Positions 24,701 through 37,800 of a stretch of DNA of 64,000 bases are shown here, piece after piece. Source of the DNA: Zygnema circumcarinatum SAG 698-1b (lineage: Eukaryota; Plantae; Zygnematophyceae). Made by a program: the position numbers and the translations under genes. The stretch covers positions 2,180,327 to 2,244,326 of the forward strand of contig CM074807.1 of the NCBI GenBank assembly GCA_037447605.1, written 5' to 3'. Under the pieces are notes generated by a model. The model did no database searches. It was not told the DNA's origin and saw only the letters and a program-made list of their open reading frames with translations. Numbering within the stretch: the first letter of the stretch is position 1; each line of letters begins with the position of its first letter.

Positions 24701-24880
24701 CGGCAGGCACTCAGATTAGCGGATGATTTGGATGGGCGGAAGTCAGTGGAGGATTGGGAGAGGGATCCGGCTTCGTTGGCTCGACTCGTAAAACCCCCTG
24801 CATTTATGCTGTCTTCACGAAGTGAAGCAGTGAAACGGCAGTACGAAAGTGGGGTTAGGACCGCAGGAACAAGGGCCTAA
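18747..24880 (+). CDS. ABC1K6: ABC1/UbiB atypical kinase, ABC1K6-like, probably plastid-targeted, with a long N-terminal extension
   Basis: Exons encode LPSRYDPEAIAAYF, LGPTAIK|VGQALSIRPD, PVAAASLGQ|VYKARL, VAVKVQRP, RFFDELDYVQE, TSRK|VLTSEWVEGEKLS, GFLHADPHPGN, LCVLDFGL, GGGA, IPPYFALILRA, AIVDECYPY and SPRARAALRY; stop at 24880. The subfamily is assigned from recalled similarity to Arabidopsis ABC1K6 and needs a phylogeny. Confidence 0.88.
21115..21240 (+). repeat. Intronic tandem duplication, 2 x 63 bp
   Basis: tttgcccattcttgcatggagaagtataaacctt(c/t)...ggctc(a/g)gtattccgt occurs twice with a period of 63 and few substitutions. Confidence 0.95.
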
Positions 24881-25724
24881 GTTCAACCTATTTGTTTAAG
24901 TGGTCAATTAGTTTTCCAGGAGTGGCGCATTGTTCTCGTAACCTTTTGTATGTGTATAGATGCTGAGGTACGGAGTAACCACCAAAGAAAACGGGGTGCA
25001 AAATAGCTAATTTGAATCCGCATAGCATGATTAATGTAGAGGGGCGCCAGCTATCGCGTGCCAGTAGAATGTATCAATAATTGCGAGACTTTTTCTTGTC
25101 TGCATGTAAAGATTAGTGAGGAAAGTGTGACTGGATAAGGTTCAACCAAAAAGTGCCTGCATTTCATTTTTCATTGTGTTGTACAATATCGCCGATGGAC
25201 CCACACTGAATCCAGAAATTGCCTATGTTTTTGATGTCATCTCACTGTGCCTTGACAACTTTTTGATGCTGTACAGTGCTGCTTCTCGCATCAGTGCTGT
25301 ACTAGTTTGCAGCATTGGCGGCCCTTGCACCGTTTCCTGTCACATGGAGTGAAATATATTTTCAGATATATTGGCGATACCATTCCTCGTCAATGTGTAT
25401 CTTTTCGCCAGTTTTATTCGGGAATATAAACAACCTTAATTCACAAACCATTCATCCTTGTTAAGCATACCCGGCAAGCGAGCAATGCTTGTCCAAATGG
25501 ATGCGGGGACCCATGGAGGCTGACACGTACACTACATTCAGAAAAAGGACACTTTAAATAGTCGCCCCCTATCACTAAAAATGTAAAATGACAAACGGGT
25601 CATTACGGATATAGTGACACAAATACGTGGGGACCGACACGGTCACTATAACGTGAGTAGACTGTACCGGGCAAACCAATGGGGGTTGACACAGTCAAAA
25701 ATTTGGTCTTCAATACAGCGAATT

Positions 25725-25854
25725 CATAATTTACACATCTTTGTTGGATAGATACACACCTTCTTGGTAAAATAAAAACCCTTGATACCCTAGAAACTGA
25801 CTGGCAAAGCAAGGTGTGTGTGTGTGTCTAGCCAAAACGGTGTGTAAATAGCAT
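25725..25854. mobile_element. MITE-like element, copy 2, inverted relative to copy 1
   Basis: tttacacatctttgttggatagatacacacc ... ggtgtgtgtgtgtgtctagccaaaacggtgtgtaaatagca. Its interior reverse complement aagggtttttat matches aagagtttttat in copy 1. Confidence 0.55.
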
Positions 25855-25888
25855 CCCAAATAAAATAAAATCAGAAATAAATTTGAGT

Positions 25889-26045
25889 TTTCAAAGAGCG
25901 GGACGCCATTTGAGTTCGCGCCTTCCCCCCCCTTCGGGCGCCAAAGCGAAGCGGACGGCGGCCGACGGCCCCTGCCCGCCTGCATGCGCCCGGCGAAGGG
26001 AGGGAGAGTGGCCCAACATTTGAACTCATGCGGGCGCGGGAAAAA
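25889..26045. promoter_or_regulatory. SYN1/REC8 promoter with two E2F-consensus sites and CHR-like TTTGAA motifs
   Basis: GCGCCAAA at 25938-25945 (reverse complement TTTGGCGC) and GCGGGAAA at 26036-26043 (reverse complement TTTCCCGC). TTCAAA and TTTGAA occur near 25891 and 26019. Confidence 0.45.
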
Positions 26046-26353
26046 CCGCAGCCCTCGGCCATCCTTCTGTTGTTCCTGCTATCGTATTTATCCACTCGCC
26101 TCTCATCTCTCTCTCTCTGTCACAGCGTGAAGTTTGAGTCTTCTTGAAGGCTGGGGACGCTATCGCAGCAGCTTAATAAGGAAACGATTTCGATTGCAGT
26201 GGTCGTTCAGCTTCGTTGATATTATGATTCGTTGATCACGGTGATTGATTCGATTGGTCGAATAATTACGAGCAGTGAAAACAGTTGGATCTGCGAAAGT
26301 TAAGCTTTTTTTCGAGCCTTCAAGTGCTTTATTTCCGGTGGAAAAGGAAGACG

Positions 26354-29300
26354 ATGTTCTACTCGCATCAACTGCTCTCCAAGAAGGGACCATTGGGACA
26401 GATATGGTCTGTCTGTCGCTCATAAACTTTGAACACTTCGGTTTTGATGATTTTTTCAGCTAATTGAGTGCATGTACATGAAAAGGCTCAAGTGTCGCTC
26501 GTTTGAGTAGGCATTTGCTGCTCTTCAACGTTCTTTTCTGACACACTAATATTTGTTTGGTATGGCATGCGAGCTGAAAGTATGCAGGTGCGTATGCAGC
26601 AGCATGCAGCTTCAATAATTGGCACAAGGTTGCAAATAACAGTCAGATACATGATTGTCTGTGAACTAAGTCACTGGCCGAGGAGGACTTGGCACAATCG
26701 GTTTTCCTGTACGTAATGAATTCTGTCGTACGCTTTAACTTTATAAGACCTGACAACTTGCACTTGGTACTTGCTGGCACGGTTTTGCAGGATAGCTGCA
26801 ACTATGCATGCCAAGATCAATCGAAAAAAGGCGGAGCAGATCAACATTAGTGAAATATGGTTAGCTACAGCTTCTTTCCCGCTTGTTCTCTATCCGACTC
26901 AAAGCAAGATGCTGTCGTGTGTGAATAAAAAATGCCCCCTCGTAATTTTAAACGATTGAATGCTTCTATTGTGCTGCATTCTGAGCTTCTCGTCAGTACC
27001 AAATGCTTATGCATGCCAGCAATTAATTGAAACCATGGCTTGTTTTGGCAGCGCTCAAATTTTAGAGCCAGAGGTCCCATTGGCATTGCGGCTGTCTGGG
27101 ATCCTTATGGGTAAGTTGCAAATTGTAGACCTGCCGCTTAATCTCGATGAACTTGCGCGATTGGTAAGCCGGTCGATTCTGATGGACCGGGATGAAGCTT
27201 ATGTTCATTATCGATTAAAGGAAAAGATGCTCTAATTGTGTGAGTAGGACCTCATTTACGCATGATGCTTTCAGAGTAGCAGGCTCGAATGCTTTGCTGA
27301 TTAAGGATTGTGCTTGCTTGTGCTGAACCAGGGGGAGTCGTGCTCGTGTATTCAAGAAAGGTGGCATTTCTTTACGATGACGTAAGCGAGTTTCTAGTAA
27401 GTAATTTGTGATCCGTCAGGAGTATTTCTCGCTCTCCTACATACCGATTTTTTTTCTTGCGCAGTTTCGTATAAATATGATTCCTGGGATTTTTTGGAGT
27501 AGCTTCGCGAGACAAAGGAAACATTTCCGACTCGCTTTGGTCCAAAAATAGAGGCGCAAATGCCTTCGTAGGAATTAAGATATCCTTTACGTGGATGCTG
27601 AAACAGATTCAAATCAAGAAATTTACAAATAAGAATAATGCTGGCGACTTCAACTTACTCCCCAAGGGAAAGGAGCACGCAAGGTTAGACACACTTTTCC
27701 AAGCCGTGACCTTTTGAAATTCAAGGGACCAAATTTGATTTTTCCTTTCAGCGGCGTACTCATCGTAATCTGATACATGCTTACACAAGCAGAAGTTATC
27801 GCTGTTGCCAGGTTTGCGGCCATCACAGTCGATTATGGCTACGAAACGCTTCTGAACGACAGAGACAACATTTCACTTCGACCAGATACACCGGGAAAAG
27901 AGGGAGAGGTAAACGGCACCACCTTTCTGAAGAACGTCCTTAAAAGCTGCCGGGGACTTAACGTAGAATATTAGACAATATTGAAGGAATGTGGACACGT
28001 TGGAGATGACACACTTACTCCAAGCAGCTTCTGATGAACATAGTGGAGTTTTCCTTGTGTTCCGTGTTCTCCATGTATTGTTTGGTTTTCACTACCGTAA
28101 CAGATTGCTCTACTTTATTCTTTTCTTTTCTGGTCTATTTTTCACGTTTCAAGCAGAGTCCGGATTTTTTTGTGATACCTCGAGCTTCAAAACGTTCATC
28201 TGGACAAAACGTTTCTCCTATGCCACCGCCAGTTGAAGGTTATTTTCCGTTACAAATAGGAGCCTTTTGCTTTCCATTTGCAAATTAAGAATTTGTAATG
28301 ATTCTAGTCTGCTAAATGTCCATGACCTGCTTTGCGATGACTGTTTTGTGATGCGTCTGTGATATAGAAGACACTCATTAGAGACTGACACTGACACTAA
28401 TGTGGGAAAACTCTGTTTCTGGACTGCAGCACGAGATGAAGACTTTACGCTCGATCCTTCTGTCCAAGAAAACCAATACACTCAGCTCGGAAGGTGTGAG
28501 GTGTTCCACTGATAACACAGATTGCAGACGCTTGTGGTGATCGTCGTTCAGCTGTCCCAGAATGGATTATTTTATTTCAATAGTGCGGCTGCTGAGCCGA
28601 AAGCTTTTTGACTCGGAAGTTCATGATTTACTTGCAGAGACGAGGACGAGGTCATGCCGCCTGTTGATCCGAATCCAGAAATGCTTGCTGAGATTGATCT
28701 CAATATGGGTAAGGTGCCGCTACAAAGGCCATCAGTTCGTTAGCGCATATCTTATCAGCATCGTTCCTGCTCTAGCTACTAGAACAGGCAGATTTCAAAC
28801 TCTCTCGGTCGAGTTTGCTATCCTATCTTACAACCGTCCTGATTCACTTCTCCGCGTTAACATTTCCTTTAGATTCACCATACTTGTCACTGAGTGGCGA
28901 AAGAGGAAAATGTTTTCTTGCGCTGATTGCATTATGTTATCACTGTGTTCTCTGCTGCGATGTAGCAGATGATTTCCAGCCTTTTTTTGGTGCCGGTTTG
29001 GAAACAATATTGGAAGAGCCTAACGCTACCGCAAGGAAAGAGCCGCCTGCACAACCAGAGAACCAGGCACCACCAGACAGACCAGAGCATGCAGACCCTG
29101 AGGCGGAACCCCCAAAATCAGTACGTAAACTTTAAACCAAACAAAAATAATATTTCTTTACTAGGAAAATCGCAGAAGGGACAAGTTGGTTTCCATGCTG
29201 CTATATTTATACACGCTTGCCGAAAGGCTTCATTCAAATGTGCTTGTGCTTCATGCAGCCGGATCCCTACCCGGACAGACAGCCTCCAAGAGTGCGAAGA

Positions 29301-32300
29301 AGGAAGAAGGCGCTCACCTCCGCCCTTTTCGACCCGAAGATCGAAATCAGTCCAGCAGATTTCAACAGATGGCTGCATGACTGCTCGGATCTTGTTTCCC
29401 GGAAAAAGAAGGTGCCACAAAATTGACTTATCCTCTGTACTGCCTAGAAAATAACCATACTCGTGAAGCATCAAGAAATGCGCGAGAAGATGGACGAGAA
29501 AAGAGAGAGAGGAAGGAGACCTTGGGGAGGAGAGAGGGCTAGGGAGGGCAGGGAAACGGGCAGTGAGAGAGGCGAAGTTTCCTCATTGCCGACTTGCTTC
29601 GGATACCTTCGTCTTACTGGCCTCCCTTTCCCGTCAATCAAAGGCTGCTATTTCAGTCCTACGAGCACGGGCTTCTTCTTTAGTCGTGTGGACGGCTTTG
29701 GTTTTGATTTTGACTGGACTTGCGCAACTACTTTTCACTTGAACTAGGTCGCATTTCATATTCTAACGAAACCAGATTTGAGGTCAGCTAAGCAGGGAGC
29801 TTTAGGAAGGAGCGTAACTGTTCACAGTCTTTTGCTACGTGCCTCTTGCAGATACGCAAAGCAGCGCCAACAACAATTCTTGATGATCTCTTCACAATAC
29901 CTTCAGTAAAGTGTACCTTTAATACAGCCGGTGAACCAGCTTCATGCCTGCCCGGAGAACTTATCCAGCTGTGGACTTGGAGTGTGTCCGGCCCTCCCCT
30001 CAAGAAGAAAAGAGGTACAATAGACTCTTATTTTTTAAAATTGACCAACCACATGTTTTTTACTGTTTTGAATCGTGGAATCTCCTTTGCTATGTATTTC
30101 TACAACAATTTGGATCACTAGTAACTGGTGACAATGGTTAATCTGCGATTGAGGAAACATAATGACATGGTCATGTAAACTTGTAATCTGAAATCTAAAC
30201 TAAGCTTGAAAATCTGACCACGTGTATTCGTTATGTTTGAACTGGTTGCTTGGATTTTTCCATACTTTATTTTGCAGGAACTGAAGATGAAACAGATCAA
30301 GGAAGACCTGATGCCACCATTCCACAACATGAAACAGAGCTTCCTGAAGTTGACTTGGTGAGGCGCACTTCCTCCTATGTATCTCTTGTAATGAAGAGCC
30401 GAAAGCCGGGGAGAGCGCGAGAGAAGGGGGAGCAGAGCGAGAAAGAGGGAGACAGGGAGAGAGGGAGAGGTCTTGTGTCGCAGAAATCATGTTCAGCACA
30501 ATCCTGTAGGATCCTACAACACACTTGAAACTAGTTCAATCTCAGGCTGAATCATGTTGATTTACAATACAAGCTCTCATTGGCTACAACCACGTTGAAT
30601 GGATGATCTGGCTACATGCTCTTATGGTTTATGTCATCGCTTTTGGTCACGGTTGGAAACAGCCCGACGTCGGATTTACTATTCATCGTTTACAAGAAGA
30701 TTTTGGGTCAGCTGAGAGATTGCGAGCAGCCGGCAAGACACCGGACTCTGGTGTTGCAGATCAGCTAAATATTACACCAGCCACAGGTATTTTTTTTTTT
30801 ATTGTTTACGAACCAAAGGATTCCAAATAAATCATGGTAAAGCTGTAACATTGTCAGTGTTTGACTTGTATCAAGTTGCACCTCGGAGAAAGCCAAGGAT
30901 GGGCGCTGAGTGACGGATCGAATGCATGGCTATTCGCATCTGTGGACCATGGTCTCTTTCTTTTTCTCAATTGTATTTTGTTGTTAACTCGTTATCCAGG
31001 ACCAATGAAAAGTGGAAAAGAACGTCGCCGGTCTTCTGTGACATTGCCGACACCGGAAGATCCAGGCGAGCCCACCAGTGGCAGGTGAGGGACAACATTG
31101 ATAATTCCAGAGTGTTCTGTTTTCCACTTTCCCCATGTCTTCCCTCTTCTGAGTATGTTTCCATACTCCCAGTTGAACGATGTAATAAGAAACCAAATAT
31201 CTGTTTCCTCTACCTTGCACCATACTTTCCTTTTTTTAATTGCGGAGAATTCGGTGGCATCCTGCATTTATCTCTTAAGAATAGTCTTTTTTTTTCCTTA
31301 GCATATTTTAGTCAAATGGTGGAAAAAGGCAAAGGCTTAAATTCCAGAGCTTATCAGCAGATTGCTCGACGGGAGTGTACACGTGCAGGTTAGGGAAATC
31401 AAGAGTTTCTGAAGTTTTCAACATGCAGACCCCTCAGGATATTGGAGATGATATCGAGTTTCCTGAGTTCGATGTTTGGTCAGATCCACTCAAGACTAAG
31501 CGCAACCATTCTGAAAGGTTTATGGAGCCGTTAAGCCAATTCGGTGAGTGACATTAATTAGGAAGGCTAACAGACGAGAATGAATCAGTTTTATGCCTTT
31601 TTGAGATTGAACGCCACGTTTACATGTAAAAATGGTTGATTCAAAGGGTCAATTGGGCCGAGGAATGGTGAAGGGCCATGCCTTGGAATGAAAGAGGAAG
31701 GAATGGCAGAGGGGAATTTTTTGCGAGGAACGCTATGCCATCATTCCTTCAGTTCTTTGGCATTTCAGAACTCCTCGAAGAGACAGCTCCGACTCAAGCA
31801 ACTCAAATTCCAAATCGTGCCGTTGACAAGATCACGTCCTCCTTGCTACAGTGAGTACTTGCTCGCCTTGACAGTGCGGAACGCTTGATTCAAGAAGGTG
31901 ATAGTTCTGGCAGAATCAATGCAGTGATGCTGCACTCAACTGGATGAATCCAAACGAGCGTCGGAGTGTTCAAGGTTTTGATGTCTGCCAGGATACAATA
32001 AACCGGGAGCTTACAATTGTACACGTGAATGTATAGCGATAAGATGTCTTGCAAAACGACATGCAGAGGTTAAGCCACAAACTTGCAGAATTATGGTTGC
32101 TTCTTGTCTCCCGGTGTTTCAGGTTCCTCCGCGAACAGTTCGAGGCACCGGAACAGCCGGAAGTGCTATCTCTCGATATGCTAACGCACGGCTTGGAGAA
32201 ATGGAGAGCTGCAAAGCTCTTCTTTCAGATTTGCGGTGAGAACCTCTTCACTCCCTAAATGGGCGGTCGAAGCCACGCAAAAAAAAACGACTTGTGACGA

Positions 32301-32608
32301 ATTCCTAGTTTGGCGCCGGATTGATGTTATCGTCATCAAGGATGCTTCCTCGATCATGACGCCAAAAGCTGCCGTTTTCTAACCTTACATCCTTAGTATC
32401 TCGTTAAGAATGCATCCAATTGCACCAACAAGGGAGCAATGCACTTGGTTGAACAGGTCGCCAGCGCGTGCTCCAACCACATGCACTTGTTGGCGACTCA
32501 CTTGAAGCGCGTGGTTCTGTGGCAGTGCTGGCATCCAACAGATACATCGCCGTGGAGCAGCCAAATCCGTACGGCGACATTATCCTGCGCCGCGGTGCGT
32601 ACTTGTGA
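26354..32608 (+). CDS. REC8: Alpha-kleisin cohesin subunit, SYN1/REC8 type
   Basis: N-terminus MFYSHQLLSKKGPLGQIW|IAATMHAKINRKK...|...PLALRLSGILMG|GVVLVYSRKVAFLYDDVSEFL|...LLPKGKEHAR, matching SYN1 as recalled (MFYSHQLLARKAPLGQIWMAATLHAKINRKK; LLPKGKTHAR). Central RWLHDCSDLV motif. C-terminal winged helix FLREQF...LSLDML...AAKLFFQIC|VLASNRYIAVEQPNPYGDIIL...* (stop 32608). One or two central exons near 30300-31550 were not fully resolved. Confidence 0.88.
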
Positions 32609-34494
32609 AGAGCAGCATCATCAGCATCTCGACCATATCGTTGTTGGAGAGTCCGTGGAGCACATCATGAGTCAACGTGTCCATTTAATTTCCTACTAAG
32701 TGTCTGAAACGTGAGCGTAATCTCTAGCATTTACCACGATGGCACGAGTGCCATTCCCGTTGTCAGCTTTGCTGATACAGATATCTATTTCATGGTGTCA
32801 GATGAAGGTCAGAGTAGTATCGTCAACAGGGGATACGTGTGGAGAAGGGTTTTTGCTTGCGCAATCTGCACAGCGCCCATTGTGTAGGGCTCTGCGAGGA
32901 TAAGAACGCGGCACACTGCATAGCATATGACTCAGAATTATTTTGGTGTACTGAACGCGTGAAACTTCGTTGGTGACAAGTGGCAAGCTGGCAAATGTGC
33001 GAAGCCTCAATAAATTCACTCCTGAGACCTATGACCGGCGGCTTATCAGTTAGCAATTATCAGTTGTGGTTGCTTGAGGCACCTCAAAATACCATGGCAT
33101 AAGAAAGAGAATCCACAGAAGTTGCTTTGCCTGCTCGAAAGCACTTGTCAATGGACCCGTGCGCGGAAGAGACCGCATGCTTTCACCTCTAGTGCCAACT
33201 GCCACATATTCTTCTTCTCCTGCAAGGCCCGCGACACGCGAGTTGCAGCCCATAAGTAAAACCTTCACATCGATTGAATCTTATACGGAGAGCTCATTTT
33301 CGTGAAGTTTAGATTCAAAAAGTAGATGTTCAGGTTCTGACCTCTAAGGCATCACCAATCGTAGCAGTATCACCAGCAGGTGCTCCGCCTGCCATTTGTT
33401 GCTCCTCTTTCTCCCAGCTTTGCATCTTTCCGTTCCTTAAAATGAAAATTGAAAATTTCCCGTTCCCGCCCACTTTCCCTTCAGTCGATTGCAATTGACA
33501 CAATGCAGACGACACGCCCAACGCATCTCTCCGAAGCTTTCACGGCAATTTATACAGACCGGAGTGGTCGTTAAAAGGCTGACCATTCTGAAGCTTTCTG
33601 AAAACTTCCGAGCGGAGGAGGTGCTCGCCTGCCCTCTATATGGCTTGACTTCTCTATGTGCTCTGTCTAAAGCTACAGCCTGCCAACTCTCACTTGCGTC
33701 TGCCATTGCATCTCCTCAGGAACCTGCGGCCGCAAACGACGCATACAGGAAAAGGCAATCCCGCGACAGGCAGAGGCGGCTGGACACGGATGCCAATTGG
33801 TCAAAGCTGCGTTAGGGAATGCCGGATGAGATTTGCATGGGGGGATCGCTCTTCCTTTTAAATGGGAAATTGCGTGACCTCAGTGAACAACTGCGAGTCA
33901 ACAGCTGGGCCTGGAAACGACTCGGGTGGCAATGCCCGGGGGGTGAACTCAGTTCTCGAAATGCCGCAGTTTGCCGATGAGCACACGAGTTTTAATCCGG
34001 TCAAGCGTTGGGAATAGTAAGCTCGAGGAAATCCCGGCCTTCAATCATTTGTTCTCCCTTCGTCCATATTCTCCATCAACGGGCGAACAAACCTGCAAAA
34101 TTTTTAAGAAAAATTTGTTTTTTTGAATTAAACTTTGACAAGTTGCCAATTTGAGCCGTGCTTCTCCCACCTTTGCTTGTTTGACTTTTGGATACAATTC
34201 ATAAAAAGAAAAAAAACCTTAACTTAACTTTAACTTTAACCTTTTTATGGAAGTGGCCATAAAGCCGCCACGTTTATTATATGCTTCCAACTTCTCTTTT
34301 AGAGTGTCAAACCGAGTCAATGCACTGTCCGAAAACATGAAAACAAATTTAAAATCATTGTAAATATGAAATTAATAAACCCAGCCATATAAAATACACG
34401 AACGGAGCAACTTCATCGGACACCCGTCATTTTGCACAAAAGGAAGCTGAACCGTGTGGCCCCAAATATCTCAAAGCCTCTATCGTGTTCAATA

Positions 34495-34680
34495 CGCCAA
34501 CCGCAACCAACCCCTACCACAACCCATGTTAAACATGTGTCTCATATTCACCAAACATCGCCAATGGTTCGGACTTCGGACCATAGCCAACCATCAGAAT
34601 TCAATTGTTGCAACCATTGCCAAAGTCATCCAATGGTTGCAGCCATTGGCAGAGCCATCCAATGGTCGGACCTGTGCAGT
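34495..34680. repeat. Dispersed repeat rich in AACCATTG/CAATGG palindromic motifs (copy B), upstream of MurC
   Basis: ccaatggttcgg, ttgcaaccattgcc, ccaatggttgcagccattgg, ccatccaatggtcgg. Confidence 0.5.
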
Positions 34681-34830
34681 TTCGTGGTTCTCGATTTGAT
34701 TCCCGTCGTGGCGGACTGAACTGGCCGCCATGTGCCGCTTCGCAACACCGGCTCTCAGTTTAACGACCGACGCCGGACGATGTACAAGGAGGCATCGGAG
34801 GGGGTAATGTGATCCCATGCGAGCGGGCGC

Positions 34831-37800
34831 ATGGCTCTGCTCGCTGGCCGGCTGCAGCCATGGCGGCTGGAGGTCCCATTTCAGGCGCCTGTCCCCTCCG
34901 CTCGTGCTTCTTGGAGGAGCTCGTCCTTGAAGCCCTTAAAAGAAAATATTGCAGGGGAAGTGCGAATCCTTCGCAGCGGGAGGCGTTCGGTAGTGGCTGA
35001 GATTGAAGATGACGGTGCGCAACAGAGGGGAACCGCAGTCTCTCCCGCAAGTTCTACATCGCCAGCTGCTCCTGGAGTGCATTTCATTGGAATTGGCGGT
35101 GCAGGACTGTCGGCATTGGCTCTCGTGGCCTTGAAGCAGGTACTTCCTTTGCCTGGCCAGCAAAGCACGGATTCGCGCCACGTTTACAGGAGAAATTTGT
35201 GTCGACTGAGATTTAAAGCCGCACAGCAGTGGATTGTTAGTTTGAATATCTTCTGGCAAGGAATGTATCAACATGCAGGGATGGAGAGTGACGGGATCAG
35301 ACATGGTCAGCAGCGAACGGTTGGCGAAGCTTCGAAGTGCAGGAGCGGCGGTCTATGTCGGTCATGCAGCAAGCCACATGACATCCTCCGGCGTCCTTCC
35401 AAATGTCGTTGTAGTCTCCAGCGCTGTGAATTCGGAGAACGAGGAGATTCAGGCGGCGCTCTCACTGGGGATCTCCGTGTGAGCCCTGCCCTGTACAATG
35501 GATGAAGGAGAGGTGTCATATGCTGAAACACTCGTTTTAGAAGAATCTATTGAATGCAGTTATTCTATTTCGGATGTTACCAAACTAGATTTTGCTATGC
35601 TATATGCTTCCATGGTGGCTGAACGGTTTCAGTACACTCCAATTCTCCAGCACTACGACTATGACATTTCGTTTCTTAGGGATGACATTGCAGGCTGAAG
35701 CGGGGAGAGTGGCTGGGGAAACTCACCAAGGACAAGGAGGTCATCGCAGTGGCAGGATCACATGGTGGGAGTCTCGCTAGTTGACCGAGTGCTTGCCAAG
35801 TGTAGCTGAGTGTAGCTGCTCCTTCTAGCGCCGGTAGCAATGCGGAATTGACTTGGAGTGTCAAGGAAGTGCTTTTCCAATGTATCGCAAATGCCGTCAC
35901 TGACAGAATATGTTTTGAATCTACTTCGTGACATGAACAGAAGTTAAAGCGTACCTTGATTAGTGTTGAGCTTTGCTGGAATCAGAACACCTTTGCACTC
36001 CATTCATTTCCGAGAATGCGAACTCACACTAAGCATGGAATGGATTTCAGGCAAAAGCACCACTTCTGCAATGATGGCTCTGGCGCTGCAATCTCTCGGG
36101 GATGACATTACGGCGGTGGTTGGAGCTGAAATTCCTCAGGTGATCTTTCACTGCCGTTTTACTGGACAGTTGGCTGACTTCTATTCTTTCTTGCACTTTT
36201 CACCAACGTCACACCATGATGCAATTGGCACGAGTTTTTTTAATCACTTCGCTCAAATTGATGACGTGTAGAATCTTGCCTTTCAGGGAGTTCTCCCAAA
36301 CTTATGCTTGCTTTAGAACTGTCTGGACTGCTCTGGCTTCATCTCTCTCGTACTCTGGTGATAGCTAATCTCAAGTTTTTTCTTTGTCGCCTCTCCCTAT
36401 AAACCCGCGGTTAGTTTCTGGTACGAAACTAAGCATGAGACGCCTCTGAGCTATTGGCGATTCCGTAACCTGCAACATAATTTTGTAGAAGAGCTCTTTG
36501 CCTCCCAATGAACCGCAGTATCTTGCGCTGAAACTTGTGCAGTGACTTTACATTGGGCGATGGGTTAAAACAGTTTCCGGATGGAGGAAATGCCATGGTT
36601 GGCAGTAGCCCCCGATTCGTGCTGGAGGTGAGTTTTTTCGAAAAACAATTGCGTATGTATTCCTTTTCAGGCAAGCAGGCTACAACAGTGTTTCTTACGC
36701 ACTCATCTGTCGTCAGTGTCCAAATGAACACTGAAGACACTTGCCCACTTATCGTCTTCGTTGCCATACGTTTTCCTCCAGTAGTCAAGAAAATGTTGCA
36801 AAACATGTAAGTTATGGGGTCCGCTAGCAGGGTGACTTCATCACAGAGTGGAAGTGCAGCAGAAAATCCATGACAGCCAAGCTCAACACCGAAGAATGGG
36901 ATTGCTAAACCATGTCTGGGTGTGTTTGATTTATTGAAATATCTGATCCCTAGTCCTCATGGTGCCAAAATATATCACATGCTTAGCTTCGTCTGTGTTC
37001 ATTGAGCATTTTCATTAGTTGATTTTGCGAGCTTCCAGTTCATGAACACTGTAGACACGCCTTCCATATTCCATGGAGTTCCTTCCTCCTAATTCTCCTG
37101 AACTCCGTGTAACTTTTCTTTTCTATCCTTTCTGCGTACTCCAATCAGCTTGCACTTCAATTCCAACTTGACTGGGCCCCATGTCTAATGCTGCAGGCAG
37201 ACGAATATGACGGCTGCTTTCTGGGGGTGGATCCGCATTTGGCGGTGGTGACAAATGTGGAATGGGAGCATGTCGACATGTTCCCAACAGAGGTGAGCTA
37301 GGGGAAAGGCCGATGCTAATTCTTACAATTTTTATTTGGCTACGAAATGCAGATGATTTAACCATTGTTTGTACGAGTCCTGATCGGAGTCATTTTGTTT
37401 AGATGACTTTCTTTTCTTTGTTCTCCTATGCCATCAGGAGGGCTCTGGGTCGTTTCATGCCTGCTGGTTATTTCCTTCTTATGAATTTACGTTCACTGTG
37501 TATTCACAGGCTGCTGTGCGCTCTATTTTCCGGCAGTTCGTGGAGAGAATACGACCAGGCGGATACCTGGTTGCATGTAACGACAGGTGCTATTCAGTTG
37601 CTTGCTTGTCAGTTGCCTCTCCTTACGTCATGGAAGGGAGTAGCTCTGATTGTGGTGAAGTTGGATGGGAATTTCTTGCAACATCTACTCTCGTGCTCAG
37701 CCAGGAAATGTGGAAGGCCACTATTCTGCAATTCTTAGCTGAACTTCAACTTTTTCCATTTGCGTGGTTGACTGTGGACTTATATGTTGCGTTTGGTGGA

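Noticed and set aside
25140-25440. Minus-strand protein-like fragments (FIFPNKTGEKIHIDEEWYRQYI*) suggesting a decayed gene
   Set aside because: Multiple stops and frame changes with no recognisable family. A tblastx search would be needed to revive it.
32798-33019. NGRCADCASKNP resembling an ArfGAP zinc-finger start
   Set aside because: The second CxxC, the WAS motif and the catalytic Arg are absent, and there is no supporting exon.
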